A stretch of DNA of 62,916 bases, the filler included, from Octopus bimaculoides (taxonomy: Eukaryota): the NCBI RefSeq assembly GCF_001194135.2. It is 6 parts of 6 records of this genome, joined end to end, with 100 filler letters (N's around TTAATTAATTAA, not from the genome) between each part and the next. Parts side by side here need not be neighbours in the genome. Positions count along the whole stretch, not along the records: positions 32,251 to 54,331 come from NC_068995.1; positions 54,432 to 58,371 come from NC_069009.1; positions 58,472 to 61,096 come from NW_026436914.1; positions 61,197 to 62,916 come from NW_026412754.1; 2 more parts are not named here. The stretch is one strand, 5' to 3'. Both the position numbers and the translations under genes were made by a program. The notes beneath the pieces were generated by a model, which was not told the DNA's origin, did no database searches, and was given only the letters and a program-made list of their open reading frames with translations. Shown piece after piece: positions 51,330-62,549 of this stretch (the first letter of the stretch is position 1; each line of letters begins with the position of its first letter).

Positions 51330-52113
51330 CCCTGATGCAGTACCAGGCAGTGGCTCCCATGGCTTCTGATCTTAACTGATTGGAAGTGAGTGTTATCATG
51401 TACGTTGTTTTGTCTTTTCTACTCTAGGCACAAGGCCCCAAATTTTTTGAGTAGCAGGGAGGCAGTCAATTAGATCGACCCCAGTATGCAACTGGTACTT
51501 AATTTATTGACTTCGAAAGGATGAAAGGCAAAGTCGACCTCGGCAGAATTTGAACTCAGAACATAAAGACAGACGAAATACTGCTAAGCATTTTGCCCGG
51601 CATGCTAACGATTCTGCCAGCTCGCCACCTTGTATACATTGTTTTGTCTTGGTATAGAAGATGGGCTACAGCAAATATTCTGCTCAATACCACAGATTTG
51701 CTTGTCAGTTGTTTGACCTTAACCAGTTGAGCATGTCCCTTAGTGGCTGACGATATGTGCATCTCTGATCATGAGCAGAAGTAGTGGGGGAGCATCATAG
51801 CCATGTGTTGAGAGGAATTCTTTGGGGTTTGGATAACTCACCTCTGGAAACATGGGTGTATCGTTCAACATCCTTAAACAAACCTTATTCAGGGACCTTT
51901 TGAGTGGGATGGGCTACTCGACCTGAAGAAAATTCTAACTGGGCTTCCCCTGCAAGGTCATGCGCTGTTTATCACCATGTCGCGCACATATGGTTGTGAT
52001 GCATGTGCCTGGTGTACCCTTATCAGATGGGTAGTCATGATGTGTATACTGGGCTTCGTATATTTTACTCCAGTGTCACTTTGATGGCATGCCCTGCTCT
52101 CTCACTCAATAAT
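51329..52113. mobile_element. About 550-bp unclassified repeat bounded by (AAT)n, interrupted by a full-length family B SINE (51417-51634, -)
   Basis: 16-bp TSD TACGTTGTTTTGTCTT (51401-51416) and TACATTGTTTTGTCTT (51635-51650). A partial second copy of the host repeat lies at 24942-25042 in the opposite orientation. Confidence 0.75.
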
Positions 52114-52199
52114 GTACGGATGGATGAAATGGCACATTTTGGCCGGTGTCCCAAGAATCCTGCCAGTTTGCCGCCTTAAACCAGTGCTAGTTATATTGG

Positions 52200-52412
52200 T
52201 TTTAAATCTTGGCACAAGGGTAGCAATTTTGCAAAGAGGGTAACTCAATTACATTGACCCCCAGTGTTTTACTGGTACTTATTTTATCGACCCTGAAAGG
52301 ATGAAAGGCTAATTCGACCTTGGCAGGATTTAAACTCTGAATGTAAGAATGGACCGAAATAGCACTAAGCATTTTGCCCAGCATCCTAACGATTCTGCCA
52401 GCTCACCACCTT
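52200..52412 (-). mobile_element. SINE family B, full-length
   Basis: Head GGTGAGCTGGCAGAATCGTTAGGATGC, central domain and tail on the minus strand. Confidence 0.85.
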
Positions 52413-53661
52413 AAACCAATGATAGTAATATTAGCACCATTTTGTGCAATCTTGGTATTTTTATTTGTCTAACAGTTTTAATAAAAGACATTCACTCCTC
52501 CTCCACCATCACCAGCAACAACAACAGCACCACCTCCACCACCATTTCAGTTCTACAATGAAGAAATGATAGATAAAAATTTTATTTCTCCTGTCCAGCA
52601 ACCCCTCCCCAACACCACCACCACCACCACCACCACCATCAGCAACAATAACTAAAATCAATAATAACAACATTACAAGCATCATTAATATTTTGCCAAT
52701 AAAATCCTAATCAACACCAACATCATCAACATCAGCATCNNNNNNNNNNNNNNNNNNNNNNNNNNNNNNNNNNNNNNNNNNNNNNNNNNNNNNNNNNNNN
52801 NNNNNNNNNNNNNNNNNNNNNNNNNNNNNNNNNNNNNNNNNNNNNNNNNNNNNNNNNNNNNNNNNNNNNNNNNNNNNNNNNNNNNNNNNNNNNNNNNNNN
52901 NNNNNNNNNNNNNNNNNNNNNNNNNNNNNNNNNNNNNNNNNNNNNNNNNNNNNNNNNNNNNNNNNNNNNNNNNNNNNNNNNNNNNNNNNNNNNNNNNNNN
53001 NNNNNNNNNNNNNNNNNNNNNNNNNNNNNNNNNNNNNNNNNNNNNNNNNNNNNNNNNNNNNNNNNNNNNNNNNNNNNNNNNNNNNNNNNNNNNNNNNNNN
53101 NNNNNNNNNNNNNNNNNNNNNNNNNNNNNNNNNNNNNNNNNNNNNNNNNNNNNNNNNNNNNNNNNNNNNNNNNNNNNNNNNNNNNNNNNNNNNNNNNNNN
53201 NNNNNNNNNNNNNNNNNNNNNNNNNNNNNNNNNNNNNNNNNNNNNNNNNNNNNNNNNNNNNNNNNNNNNNNNNNNNNNNNNNNNNNNNNNNNNNNNNNNN
53301 NNNNNNNNNNNNNNNNNNNNNNNNNNNNNNNNNNNNNNNNNNNNNNNNNNNNNNNNNNNNNNNNNNNNNNNNNNNNNNNNNNNNNNNNNNNNNNNNNNNN
53401 NNNNNNNNNNNNNNNNNNNNNNNNNNNNNNNNNNNNNNNNNNNNNNNNNNNNNNNNNNNNNNNNNNNNNNNNNNNNNNNNNNNNNNNNNNNNNNNNNNNN
53501 NNNNNNNNNNNNNNNNNNNNNNNNNNNNNNNNNNNNNNNNNNNNNNNNNNNNNNNNNNNNNNNNNNNNNNNNNNNNNNNNNNNNNNNNNNNNNNNNNNNN
53601 NNNNNNNNNNNNNNNNNNNNNNNNNNNNNNNNNNNNNNNNNNNNNNNNNNNNNNNNNNNNN

Positions 53662-53692
<31 letters not shown>

Positions 53693-54431
53693 CTGTGTGT
53701 GTGTGTGTGTGGCAGTGTGTGTGTGTGTGTGGCTGTGTGTGTGTGTGTCTATATGCGTGTATCTGTATGTGTGCTTCTCTTTTTCTCTTTCTATGTGAGT
53801 AGTTTTGTGTGTGTGTGTGTATTTCTTTGAGTTTCATGTGTCTTTATACATGTGGTGTGTGCGTGTGTGTGTCGCTCTCTCTCTGTCTAAGCATGTGAAT
53901 AGGAATGTTTGTGTGCATGTGAATGTTTGTTTGTGTGTGTATGTGTGTGTCTGTGTGTGTATGAGTGATGTGCGTTTGTGTATGCATCCGTGTGTATGTG
54001 TATGTGTGTGTGTGGTGCATATGAATGTTTGTGTATGTATATGCGTGAAGGTGTATGTGTGAGTGATTGTGTGTGTATGAATGTCGTGTGTGAGTATGAA
54101 TGCGTGCAAGTGTATTTGTATAAATGTGTGTTTGTGGTGTGTATGTACGTATGTGTGTATGTGTGTATGTATGTATGTATGTATGTATGTATGTATGAGT
54201 ATGTATGAATGTACGTATTTATGTATGTATGAGTATGTATGATTGTGTATGTATGTGTGTATGTATGTATGTATGTATGAGTATGTATGAGTGTGTATGT
54301 ATGAGTATGTATGAGTGTGTATGTATGAGTANNNNNNNNNNNNNNNNNNNNNNNNNNNNNNNNNNNNNNNNNNNNTTAATTAATTAANNNNNNNNNNNNN
54401 NNNNNNNNNNNNNNNNNNNNNNNNNNNNNNN

Positions 54432-54605
54432 AAAAAACTGAATCTTGATCAATCAGTGTGAAGAATGAGCGATAATATCAAATAAAAACTGAAAAGCTAT
54501 CCCCTTGAAGCACACGCACACACAAACACAAATACACACACGCGCGCGCGAAGAGACACAATCCCCCGCGCCCACTCACACATCATCTGTGTATATAAAA
54601 TACTT

Positions 54606-54653
<48 letters not shown>

Positions 54654-55023
54654 CGCAATCCATTCACAAACGGCTCAATTAGATCAAATCGAATTTTACA
54701 TGGTAATACTATCAGAACCCGCATCAACATGTAATTCTTTCGCATTAAAACTATGTAACATTGGCAATGATTCCGTATTACGTCTCAAAACTCAAAGGAT
54801 AAAAGTGAAAGAATACCATTTATATTGTAATGTGATATATTGTTTCACTTTCATACTTTAATTTTTTTTGTATATTACAGTGTAATTGTCTGTGAATGTA
54901 TGTATGTGTATATATCTCTCTCACTGTGTGTATCATTGTACGTGAGTTAGGTTATTAGACATATGTGTGTGAGGGCTGATCGGTGTTAATGAGAAATTTG
55001 ATTTTCATTTCGATTAAAGTATA
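54432..55023 (-). repeat. Left arm of a ~600-bp inverted duplication (partner 56268-56878)
   Basis: Collinear reverse-complement match over the whole contig, about 94% by manual count, including (GA)n and a CpG-rich GCGCGCGCG patch. Confidence 0.92.
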
Positions 55024-55474
55024 NNNNNNNNNNNNNNNNNNNNNNNNNNNNNNNNNNNNNNNNNNNNNNNNNNNNNNNNNNNNNNNNNNNNNNNNNNNNN
55101 NNNNNNNNNNNNNNNNNNNNNNNTGTCTATATTTTGCATGCAGTGTAAATTAACAAAATATAAGCAAATGAACAAAATAGAAGCACGTGTATGGAACTGC
55201 AAATTTAACGAAAATAACACAAATAATTCTTACAGAGAGACAAAGAATTATATAGATATAGGATACATTTCTTAATGTAAGGGTAAATATGCCTTTACAA
55301 ATACCTTGCAACTGTTGCGATAATTATTAACTGGCAATGGAACAGTAAATGTGTATTTTTGTGTATATCTTGTTCCCTCCCACCGCATTGTGTTTTTCAA
55401 GAATTTCACCTCTAGAACTAACGTACATACATTCAGGCATGTCAGTTGTCATATATGAATATGTATGTGTTGTT

Positions 55475-55512
<38 letters not shown>

Positions 55513-55846
55513 AATAACGTACCGTTACATATGTATGTCTAGATGTATATGTTTATTAACGTACCTAACGCGGAAATACACAGACACTTTTATACATATA
55601 CTCACTTATACACTAACACACATATACTCACAGACAGATGTACAGTCATATACACAATGTGATGTTATCTTCGTGGTATAAAATGTCCCGTAGACAACAG
55701 AAAGACTGCAGCGTGAGAGACGTTTGTAAGCCATTTAAGAACACACAAAAACCGTTAATTTCACTTCGGCATTTAAATTTCATTTGTATCAAAATATTTT
55801 CGTCGCCTTAAAACCCGACCTGCTCACTGACAAGATTTCGTGCTGC

Positions 55847-55877
<31 letters not shown>

Positions 55878-56146
55878 TGTATGTATGTATGTATGTATGT
55901 ATGTATGTATGTATGCATGTATGTATGTATATGTGTAAATGCGCATGCATATACCCATATACTTATCTATGTATGTATGTATGTATGTATGTATGTGTAT
56001 ATGTATGTATGTGAGTATTTACAGATGTAAGTGTATAGAGGTATCTGTCTTTGTGTATATGTATATGCACATGTAAATATATATTCATGTACTGATTCAT
56101 GTGTATGTCATCAAATTGTATATATAACTGTTACTCCGTCAAATTT

Positions 56147-56188
<42 letters not shown>

Positions 56189-56267
56189 CCGAGCACGCAA
56201 TCTCAGATCAAGTCACTTGCTATGCAAGTACATCTGCGTAAATAGAAAAACTATCTCTATGAAATGT

Positions 56268-56636
56268 TATAGTTTACTCGAAATGAATATCAAATTTCTC
56301 ATTGACACCGATCAGCCCTCACACACATGTTTAATAACCGAACTCATGCGGAAAGATACACACAGTGTGAGATATATATACACACACATACATTCACAGA
56401 CAATTACACTGTAATATACAAACAAAATTAAAAGTATGAAAGTGAAACAATATATCACATTACAATATATATGGAATTTTTTCAGTTTTATCCTTTGATT
56501 TTTGAGACGTAATACGAATCATTGCCAATGTTGCATAGTTTTAATGCGAAAGAATTACATGTGGACACGGGTTCCTGATAGTATTACCATGTAAAATTCG
56601 ATTTGATCTAATTGAGCCGTTTGTGAATGGATTGCG

Positions 56637-56704
<68 letters not shown>

Positions 56705-56878
56705 AAGGATTTTATATATACAGATGATGTGTGAGTGGGCGCGGGTGATTGTGTCTCTTCGCGCGCGCGTGTGTGTATGTGTGTTTGTGTGTGCGTGTGC
56801 TTCAAGGGGATAGCTTTTCAGTTTTTATTTGTTATTATCGCTCATTCTTCACACTGATTGACCAAGATTCAGTTTTTT
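56268..56878 (+). repeat. Right arm of the inverted duplication; lies immediately upstream of the LRR exon
   Basis: See left arm. It ends about 25 bp before a GTAAGT donor at 56905. Confidence 0.92.
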
Positions 56879-56904
56879 TTTAATTTTTAATTATGACTTT
56901 GAAA
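56700..56904 (+). promoter_or_regulatory. Putative promoter / 5' UTR exon of the LRR gene
   Basis: TATATATA at 56713-56720, CpG-rich patch at 56739-56770, TCAGT Inr-like motifs at 56818 and 56869, donor AAA/GTAAGT at 56904/56905 giving a 124-nt intron to the acceptor at 57028. TSS unknown. Confidence 0.4.
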
Positions 56905-57032
56905 GTAAGTGAAATCAATGATAAATTCCTCGCATGAAACATGGAGCAATTTTTGTCCTTCATAGAATCTGAAAAAGGAATGAAATAATTATGGAGTGCC
57001 TGATATTTTATATTTTATTCTTTTACAGATTA

Positions 57033-57223
57033 ATGCGGCGACAAAATCTCCATGTTATGTTCACCTTTGTGTTGATACTGTACATGAGATTACTTTTGGA
57101 GGCTCATACTGTTTCAGACGTTTGCAGTATTAGTAGATGTGATTTGGTAAGTCAGGAAATACATTGTGAAAATCGCAATTTGCCTTCTGTTCCAGAAAAT
57201 ATTCCCCAGAATGTTCGGATATT
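57033..57223 (+). CDS. First coding exon of a secreted or membrane leucine-rich-repeat protein (signal peptide + LRRNT cap)
   Basis: MRRQNLHVMFTFVLILYMRLLLEAHT-VSDVCSISRCDLVSQEIHCENRNLPSVPENIPQNVRI(L). Hydrophobic leader, then the LRRNT pattern C..C...C..RNL..VP.NIP..V..L. Strong acceptor (TTTTATTCTTTTACAG, exon start 57029) and phase-2 donor TT/GTAAGT at the position typical of LRR introns. Confidence 0.75.
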
Positions 57224-57769
57224 GTAAGTATTGGACATTTTGTTTTTACATATTTACACATTCAGTGTTTTAAATCCTCATTGATTATGTTTAAGCAAAT
57301 ACCTTATTGTGTTGATTTCACGGCTTTAAACACCAATTTATGTTGTAGTAAAGGAAGCCGATATGTTACTAGGCATGAAATCAGGTAAAAGGTTTTTCAA
57401 TATATATTGATTTATTTTTAATTTCCATATCTAAACGGTTGCACGAGTTGTATTAAACAGAAAACTGTCCCACAAAATTCCAACTGACAAATCGATGTTC
57501 CTACTCCCACACTATTTTCGGTATTCTTTGCTCTTCTGCTTACGCATGCATTCCACGACTGTGATAATGGATGTCCTCTTGCAGTTCAGGACTACTCGGA
57601 GAGTCTTCAGTTTTCCAAACATCCGTCTTGTCGCTTCAAGTTATATATGTACGTATGTATGTATGATTTTCGTTGTATTTAATTTGAGTTCTTGAGAGAT
57701 TTCAAGCCGGTTACTAACAAACCAACAAGACATTTTCAGTTAAATGAGTTCCCGGTGTTTGCAAATATA

Positions 57770-58371
57770 CGGTCGAGTTGGCTTGTTGGTTGAACTCTCG
57801 ATGCGTACACCCAAGGATCGGTTCCTTTCTCTCTTCACATCAGGCTCAATTCCTTTCTCTCTTCTTCCGTGAAACCGAGTATTTCTAGGTTTTAGTATAC
57901 ATTTGTTGATATATAACCTAGTGCACTTATGATGATAGGTACAAATGAAAATACATAGTAAGGTTACAAGAGTTGTAAGTTCCGCATTAATTCGCCATAA
58001 ACGTTCACTTTTTCGTGGACCTTTGATTGTACATTCACATCTGCAGGCCAGTTGACCTCTGCGGCAGTACATGACTTTTGTCCACTGTCCCACAAAACAA
58101 CATCAGGCCTGTTAAGTTTCTATTTGGGTGTTCTATCGATGCTCCTTCTTTTTAACGGTGTGAATACATGCTGGTTCTGAGATGCCATTGATGTATACGT
58201 CAAGGCAGTCCTTCCAACGGATAGCTTTGTAAATAGTCTTTGCCTTAGAAATATGTCATACGTAGCGGCAGATAGTATTTTATAAGCATTTTGGGGTATC
58301 TGCTAATGATGTGAGTGATATCTTCTACACTGGTATAGCAGAGCCGATATTCTTTTATCACGGTGTGGATA
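57770..58371 (-). pseudogene. R4/Dong-like non-LTR 3' fragment (zinc knuckle + restriction-like endonuclease)
   Basis: With frameshifts: RLCYTSVEDITHIISRYPKMLIKYYLPLR, AKTIYKAI, NRPDVVLWDSGQKSCTAAEVNWPADVNVQSKVHEKVNVYGELMRNLQLL*PYYVFSFVPIIISALGYIS. Confidence 0.8.
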
Positions 58372-58619
58372 NNNNNNNNNNNNNNNNNNNNNNNNNNNNN
58401 NNNNNNNNNNNNNNNTTAATTAATTAANNNNNNNNNNNNNNNNNNNNNNNNNNNNNNNNNNNNNNNNNNNNTATTATTATTACTATTATTATTATTATTA
58501 TCATCATCATCATCATCATTTGACCACCAGCTGACTTTCAGAAGCAAAAGCTCAACAGAAGCTGACTCGATTATTTCTACAAAACAGTAAAAGAACGAAC
58601 ATTTATTCAGAAGAATTAC

Positions 58620-58900
58620 CTAGATTAATCTTCAAAAAGATTCTGGCACCACTGTACTCCAAATTCAAATAAAAATGCTAATCCAAATACCAACAGAACT
58701 AGAATGGTTGATATCATCAGAGAACAACTATCAGAATCAATGACAGAATATCGGATAAAATGGAAATAGAAAGCGCTGCCCTTCCTCAAAGACGCATTTG
58801 CAGACCACTATTATTTATTATTTATGTCAACGATATATGGCCACTGATGTTATTGGATGCTAGATAATTCTTTAATGCAGGTGATACCATTTTACGGTAT
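58620..58900 (+). pseudogene. Heavily decayed CR1/L2/Jockey-like RT remnant
   Basis: LPQRRICRPLLFIIYVNDI (compare VPQGS.LGPLLF.IYVND), followed by NAGDTIL (compare FADDT.L). Confidence 0.55.
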
Positions 58901-59193
58901 TTCTACAAAGAACCAGGAATTATAATGGAAACAAAAGAAAATGGTAAAAAAATTTTAAATACTCCACTGTGTGGTTTGTCTTCTTTGTTTGAGGAATTCT
59001 GAGAGAGATTGAGCATGTTCTCTTTGGATCAAAGTGACTCTTAACCAAACAATAAAAAATCTTTATTGAAATTAATGGGGATGGATATAACGGATGGAAC
59101 GGATATAAAAGATATTTGCTGACAATCCACAGTGGAAAATCTCCTTGGCACAGTTTTTAGATAAATCACACGGCTTTAAAGAAAATGTCAATA

Positions 59194-59236
<43 letters not shown>

Positions 59237-60334
59237 NNNNNNNNNNNNNNNNNNNNNNNNNNNNNNNNNNNNNNNNNNNNNNNNNNNNNNNNNNNNNNNN
59301 NNNNNNNNNNNNNNNNNNNNNNNNNNNNNNNNNNNNNNNNNNNNNNNNNNNNNNNNNNNNNNNNNNNNNNNNNNNNNNNNNNNNNNNNNNNNNNNNNNNN
59401 NNNNNNNNNNNNNNNNNNNNNNNNNNNNNNNNNNNNNNNNNNNNNNNNNNNNNNNNNNNNNNNNNNNNNNNNNNNNNNNNNNNNNNNNNNNNNNNNNNNN
59501 NNNNNNNNNNNNNNNNNNNNNNNNNNNNNNNNNNNNNNNNNNNNNNNNNNNNNNNNNNNNNNNNNNNNNNNNNNNNNNNNNNNNNNNNNNNNNNNNNNNN
59601 NNNNNNNNNNNNNNNNNNNNNNNNNNNNNNNNNNNNNNNNNNNNNNNNNNNNNNNNNNNNNNNNNNNNNNNNNNNNNNNNNNNNNNNNNNNNNNNNNNNN
59701 NNNNNNNNNNNNNNNNNNNNNNNNNNNNNNNNNNNNNNNNNNNNNNNNNNNNNNNNNNNNNNNNNNNNNNNNNNNNNNNNNNNNNNNNNNNNNNNNNNNN
59801 NNNNNNNNNNNNNNNNNNNNNNNNNNNNNNNNNNNNNNNNNNNNNNNNNNNNNNNNNNNNNNNNNNNNNNNNNNNNNNNNNNNNNNNNNNNNNNNNNNNN
59901 NNNNNNNNNNNNNNNNNNNNNNNNNNNNNNNNNNNNNNNNNNNNNNNNNNNNNNNNNNNNNNNNNNNNNNNNNNNNNNNNNNNNNNNNNNNNNNNNNNNN
60001 NNNNNNNNNNNNNNNNNNNNNNNNNNNNNNNNNNNNNNNNNNNNNNNNNNNNNNNNNNNNNNNNNNNNNNNATATTCACACATACATATACACATACACA
60101 CACACACACATATATATATATACGTACACATATGCACGCACACATAAACATATATATTTATATATATCTACATGCATGCATACATACACACATATTCACA
60201 CACATACATATACATATATATATACACACATATATATACATACACATATGCACGCACACATAATATATATTTATATATATCTACATGCATACATACATGC
60301 ACACACATACATATACACACATATATACACACAT

Positions 60335-60530
60335 ATAGGGAGAGTTCACAAAAAACAACAGATGAAGATAGGTGGTGTAGAAAACAAACAGATATATTAG
60401 TATAATAATGCTCAGGAAATGAAAAAGTCTTTAACGTTTTGAGCCTACGCTCTTGCACAGAAAGGAACACAGAAAGAAACAGGGAGAGAAAAAATGTGTG
60501 TAGGGGTCAGCGATCTATCATGGCGAATGA
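60335..60530 (-). mobile_element. Penelope-like terminal repeat fragment, copy 3
   Basis: Matches 26128-26360 along its length (ATAATGCTCAGGAA...AAAGTCTTT...GAGCCTACGCTCTT...CAGAAAGGAACAC...ATCTATCATGGC). Confidence 0.75.
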
Positions 60531-61038
60531 TATATACATACACATATGCTCACACACATAAATATATATTTATATATATCTACATGCATACATACACACA
60601 CATACACACATACATATACACATATATGCACACACATACGCACACACATGTACACACATATATATGTCCACATGCATACATACATACACACATACACACA
60701 CACATATACATACACACATATGCACACACACACACACACTCACACAAACCCCCCACCCCCCACCCACATATTATNNNNNNNNNNTGCACACACACACACA
60801 CACTCACACAAACCCCCCACCCCCCACCCACATATTATTTGCAAACAGCTTGCAGATACAAGTGCTCTCATTTGAAAGCTCTGCTTATCGGACATTAGCA
60901 GGCTTCTGGACCATCAGGAGAGAATGTACACTGCTTTGGAGCCTTCCCTTCATTGGGCTCATTGCACACCAGCACCCCACCTCAGTGAGAGGGCCCCACT
61001 TGCTTGATCTAGGCTTCACTCAATATTCTTCTAGCCAA

Positions 61039-61096
61039 AGGTGGTGAGCTGGCAGAAACGTTAGCACGCTGGGCGCAATGCTAAGCGATATTTCGT
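61039..61096 (+). mobile_element. SINE family B head, clipped by join
   Basis: GGTGGTGAGCTGGCAGAAACGTTAGCACGCTGGGCGCAATGCTAAGCGATATTTCGT. Confidence 0.8.
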
Positions 61097-61254
61097 NNNN
61101 NNNNNNNNNNNNNNNNNNNNNNNNNNNNNNNNNNNNNNNNTTAATTAATTAANNNNNNNNNNNNNNNNNNNNNNNNNNNNNNNNNNNNNNNNNNNNTCTG
61201 AAAATAATTTTAAAAATCAAATGTATCAACTAGATTATAGCTGAAACAAAATAA

Positions 61255-62090
61255 TTTATTAAAATTAGCCATCTTCAGCTTCTTCCATGGCCTTAAGACG
61301 GCTCCGGAACGTGGTGCATACATTCATCACTGAGTTTCTGGAAAGATCGTCGAACACCTAGATGTTGGACACCAACTCGGCCTTAGCGTTACAATCACGG
61401 AAATTAGGTGGCTAGAATTTCTGACTCTTTCTTCAGGTGTGGTAAGAAATCCCATCTTGCTGTCATACAGACGGTCTACCTGTAGTAAACTTCTCCAGGA
61501 AGAATTTGACCTCAGTTTTCAGCAGATTCACATAAGTGTTTGAATTCAGCCTACGACCCTGTTGAATGTTTTGGGATAGCATAGCGTCAGCATAACGTCA
61601 CCCTTACTGGAGACAAACACAAGACTACCAGAGTTTGGAAGGACTTGTCATGATGCCTGAGAAATGACACGGATTGTAGGCAAGCCACTTGTGTGTAGGC
61701 AAATTATCTGGGTGTTGTGCAACTCATCCTGGCAACATTTCTTTTTATCTGAGAAGAAGCAAATCCTCACCGCCTCAGCAAGATACCTCAGTTTGTTCTG
61801 GAGTTTCTTTGCCTTCATCAAGCGGTTCTCTTTGGCCTTGGTTACCAGATTTATCTCTGGCACCTCTAGTATGAGTGGTAGTGAAGACCTTCAGTAAGGG
61901 TCAGCTTCGTAGTCGTGCTTCCAACACCCAGCTCACTCGTCAAAGTCTGGAGTCCCTTATTTTAGTCTTTCATGAACTTGCCATGCAGTTCTTGAATGAA
62001 TTCTGGCGTGCAGATGTAGTCAAAATGCCTGCTGTGTCCCCTCTTATTGGCTAAAGCTTCGTAGTCTCCGTTGCAGCTGCCCATGTACTT
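61255..62090 (-). pseudogene. Decayed maT/DD37D-type (Bmmar1-like) Tc1/mariner transposase
   Basis: With stops and shifts: ICTPEFIQELHGKFMKD, TKAKENRLMKAKKLQNKLRYLAEAVRICFFSDKKKCCQDELHNTQ, VSSKGDVM, CNAKAELVSNI*VFDDLSRNSVMNVCTTFRSRLKAMEEAEDG. Confidence 0.8.
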
Positions 62091-62216
62091 ATTCTATTTG
62101 CCTATTATGCCGAAACGCTAAGTTAAAATATACATATATATATATATATATATATGTTAAATATATATTTTTTTTAACCAAAAAATTTGGTAAAAAATAT
62201 AGTATCTGTTAACAAT

Positions 62217-62469
62217 CAAAGAGAACCGCTTGATGAAGGCAAAGAAACTCCAGAACAAACTGAGGTATCTTGCTGAGGCGGTCAGGATTTGCTTCTTCTC
62301 AGATAAAAAGAAATGTTGCCAGGATGAGTTGCACAACACCCAGATAATTTGCCTACACTCAAGTGGCTTGCCTACAATCCGTGTCATTTCTCAGGCATCA
62401 TAACAAGTCCTTCCAAACTCTGGTAGTCTTGTGTTTGTCTCCAGTAAGGGTGACGTTATGCTGACGCTA
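62217..62469 (+). repeat. 253-bp inverted near-identical copy of 61582-61834 (internal part of the decayed transposase)
   Basis: Reverse-complement match with about 3 substitutions, sharing the same lesions. Confidence 0.9.
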
Positions 62470-62549
62470 ATTATTATTGTTATTGTTGTTGTATTAAAGT
62501 ATTTTCAACGGATCAATTTTGAGCTCTATTTAAAGTTGAACACTATTCA

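Noticed and set aside
58881-58943. Apparent exon with good splice sites (GDTILRYFYKEPGIIMETKEN) as the next LRR-gene exon
   Set aside because: Wrong phase, not LRR-like, and it overlaps the decayed FADDT-like motif of a LINE RT remnant.
13738-60898. Long ORFs of HTHT, CVCV, YIYI, SLSL, RERE or X runs in the ORF track
   Set aside because: They are translations of (CA)n, (TA)n, (GA)n microsatellites and N gaps, which lack stop codons by construction.
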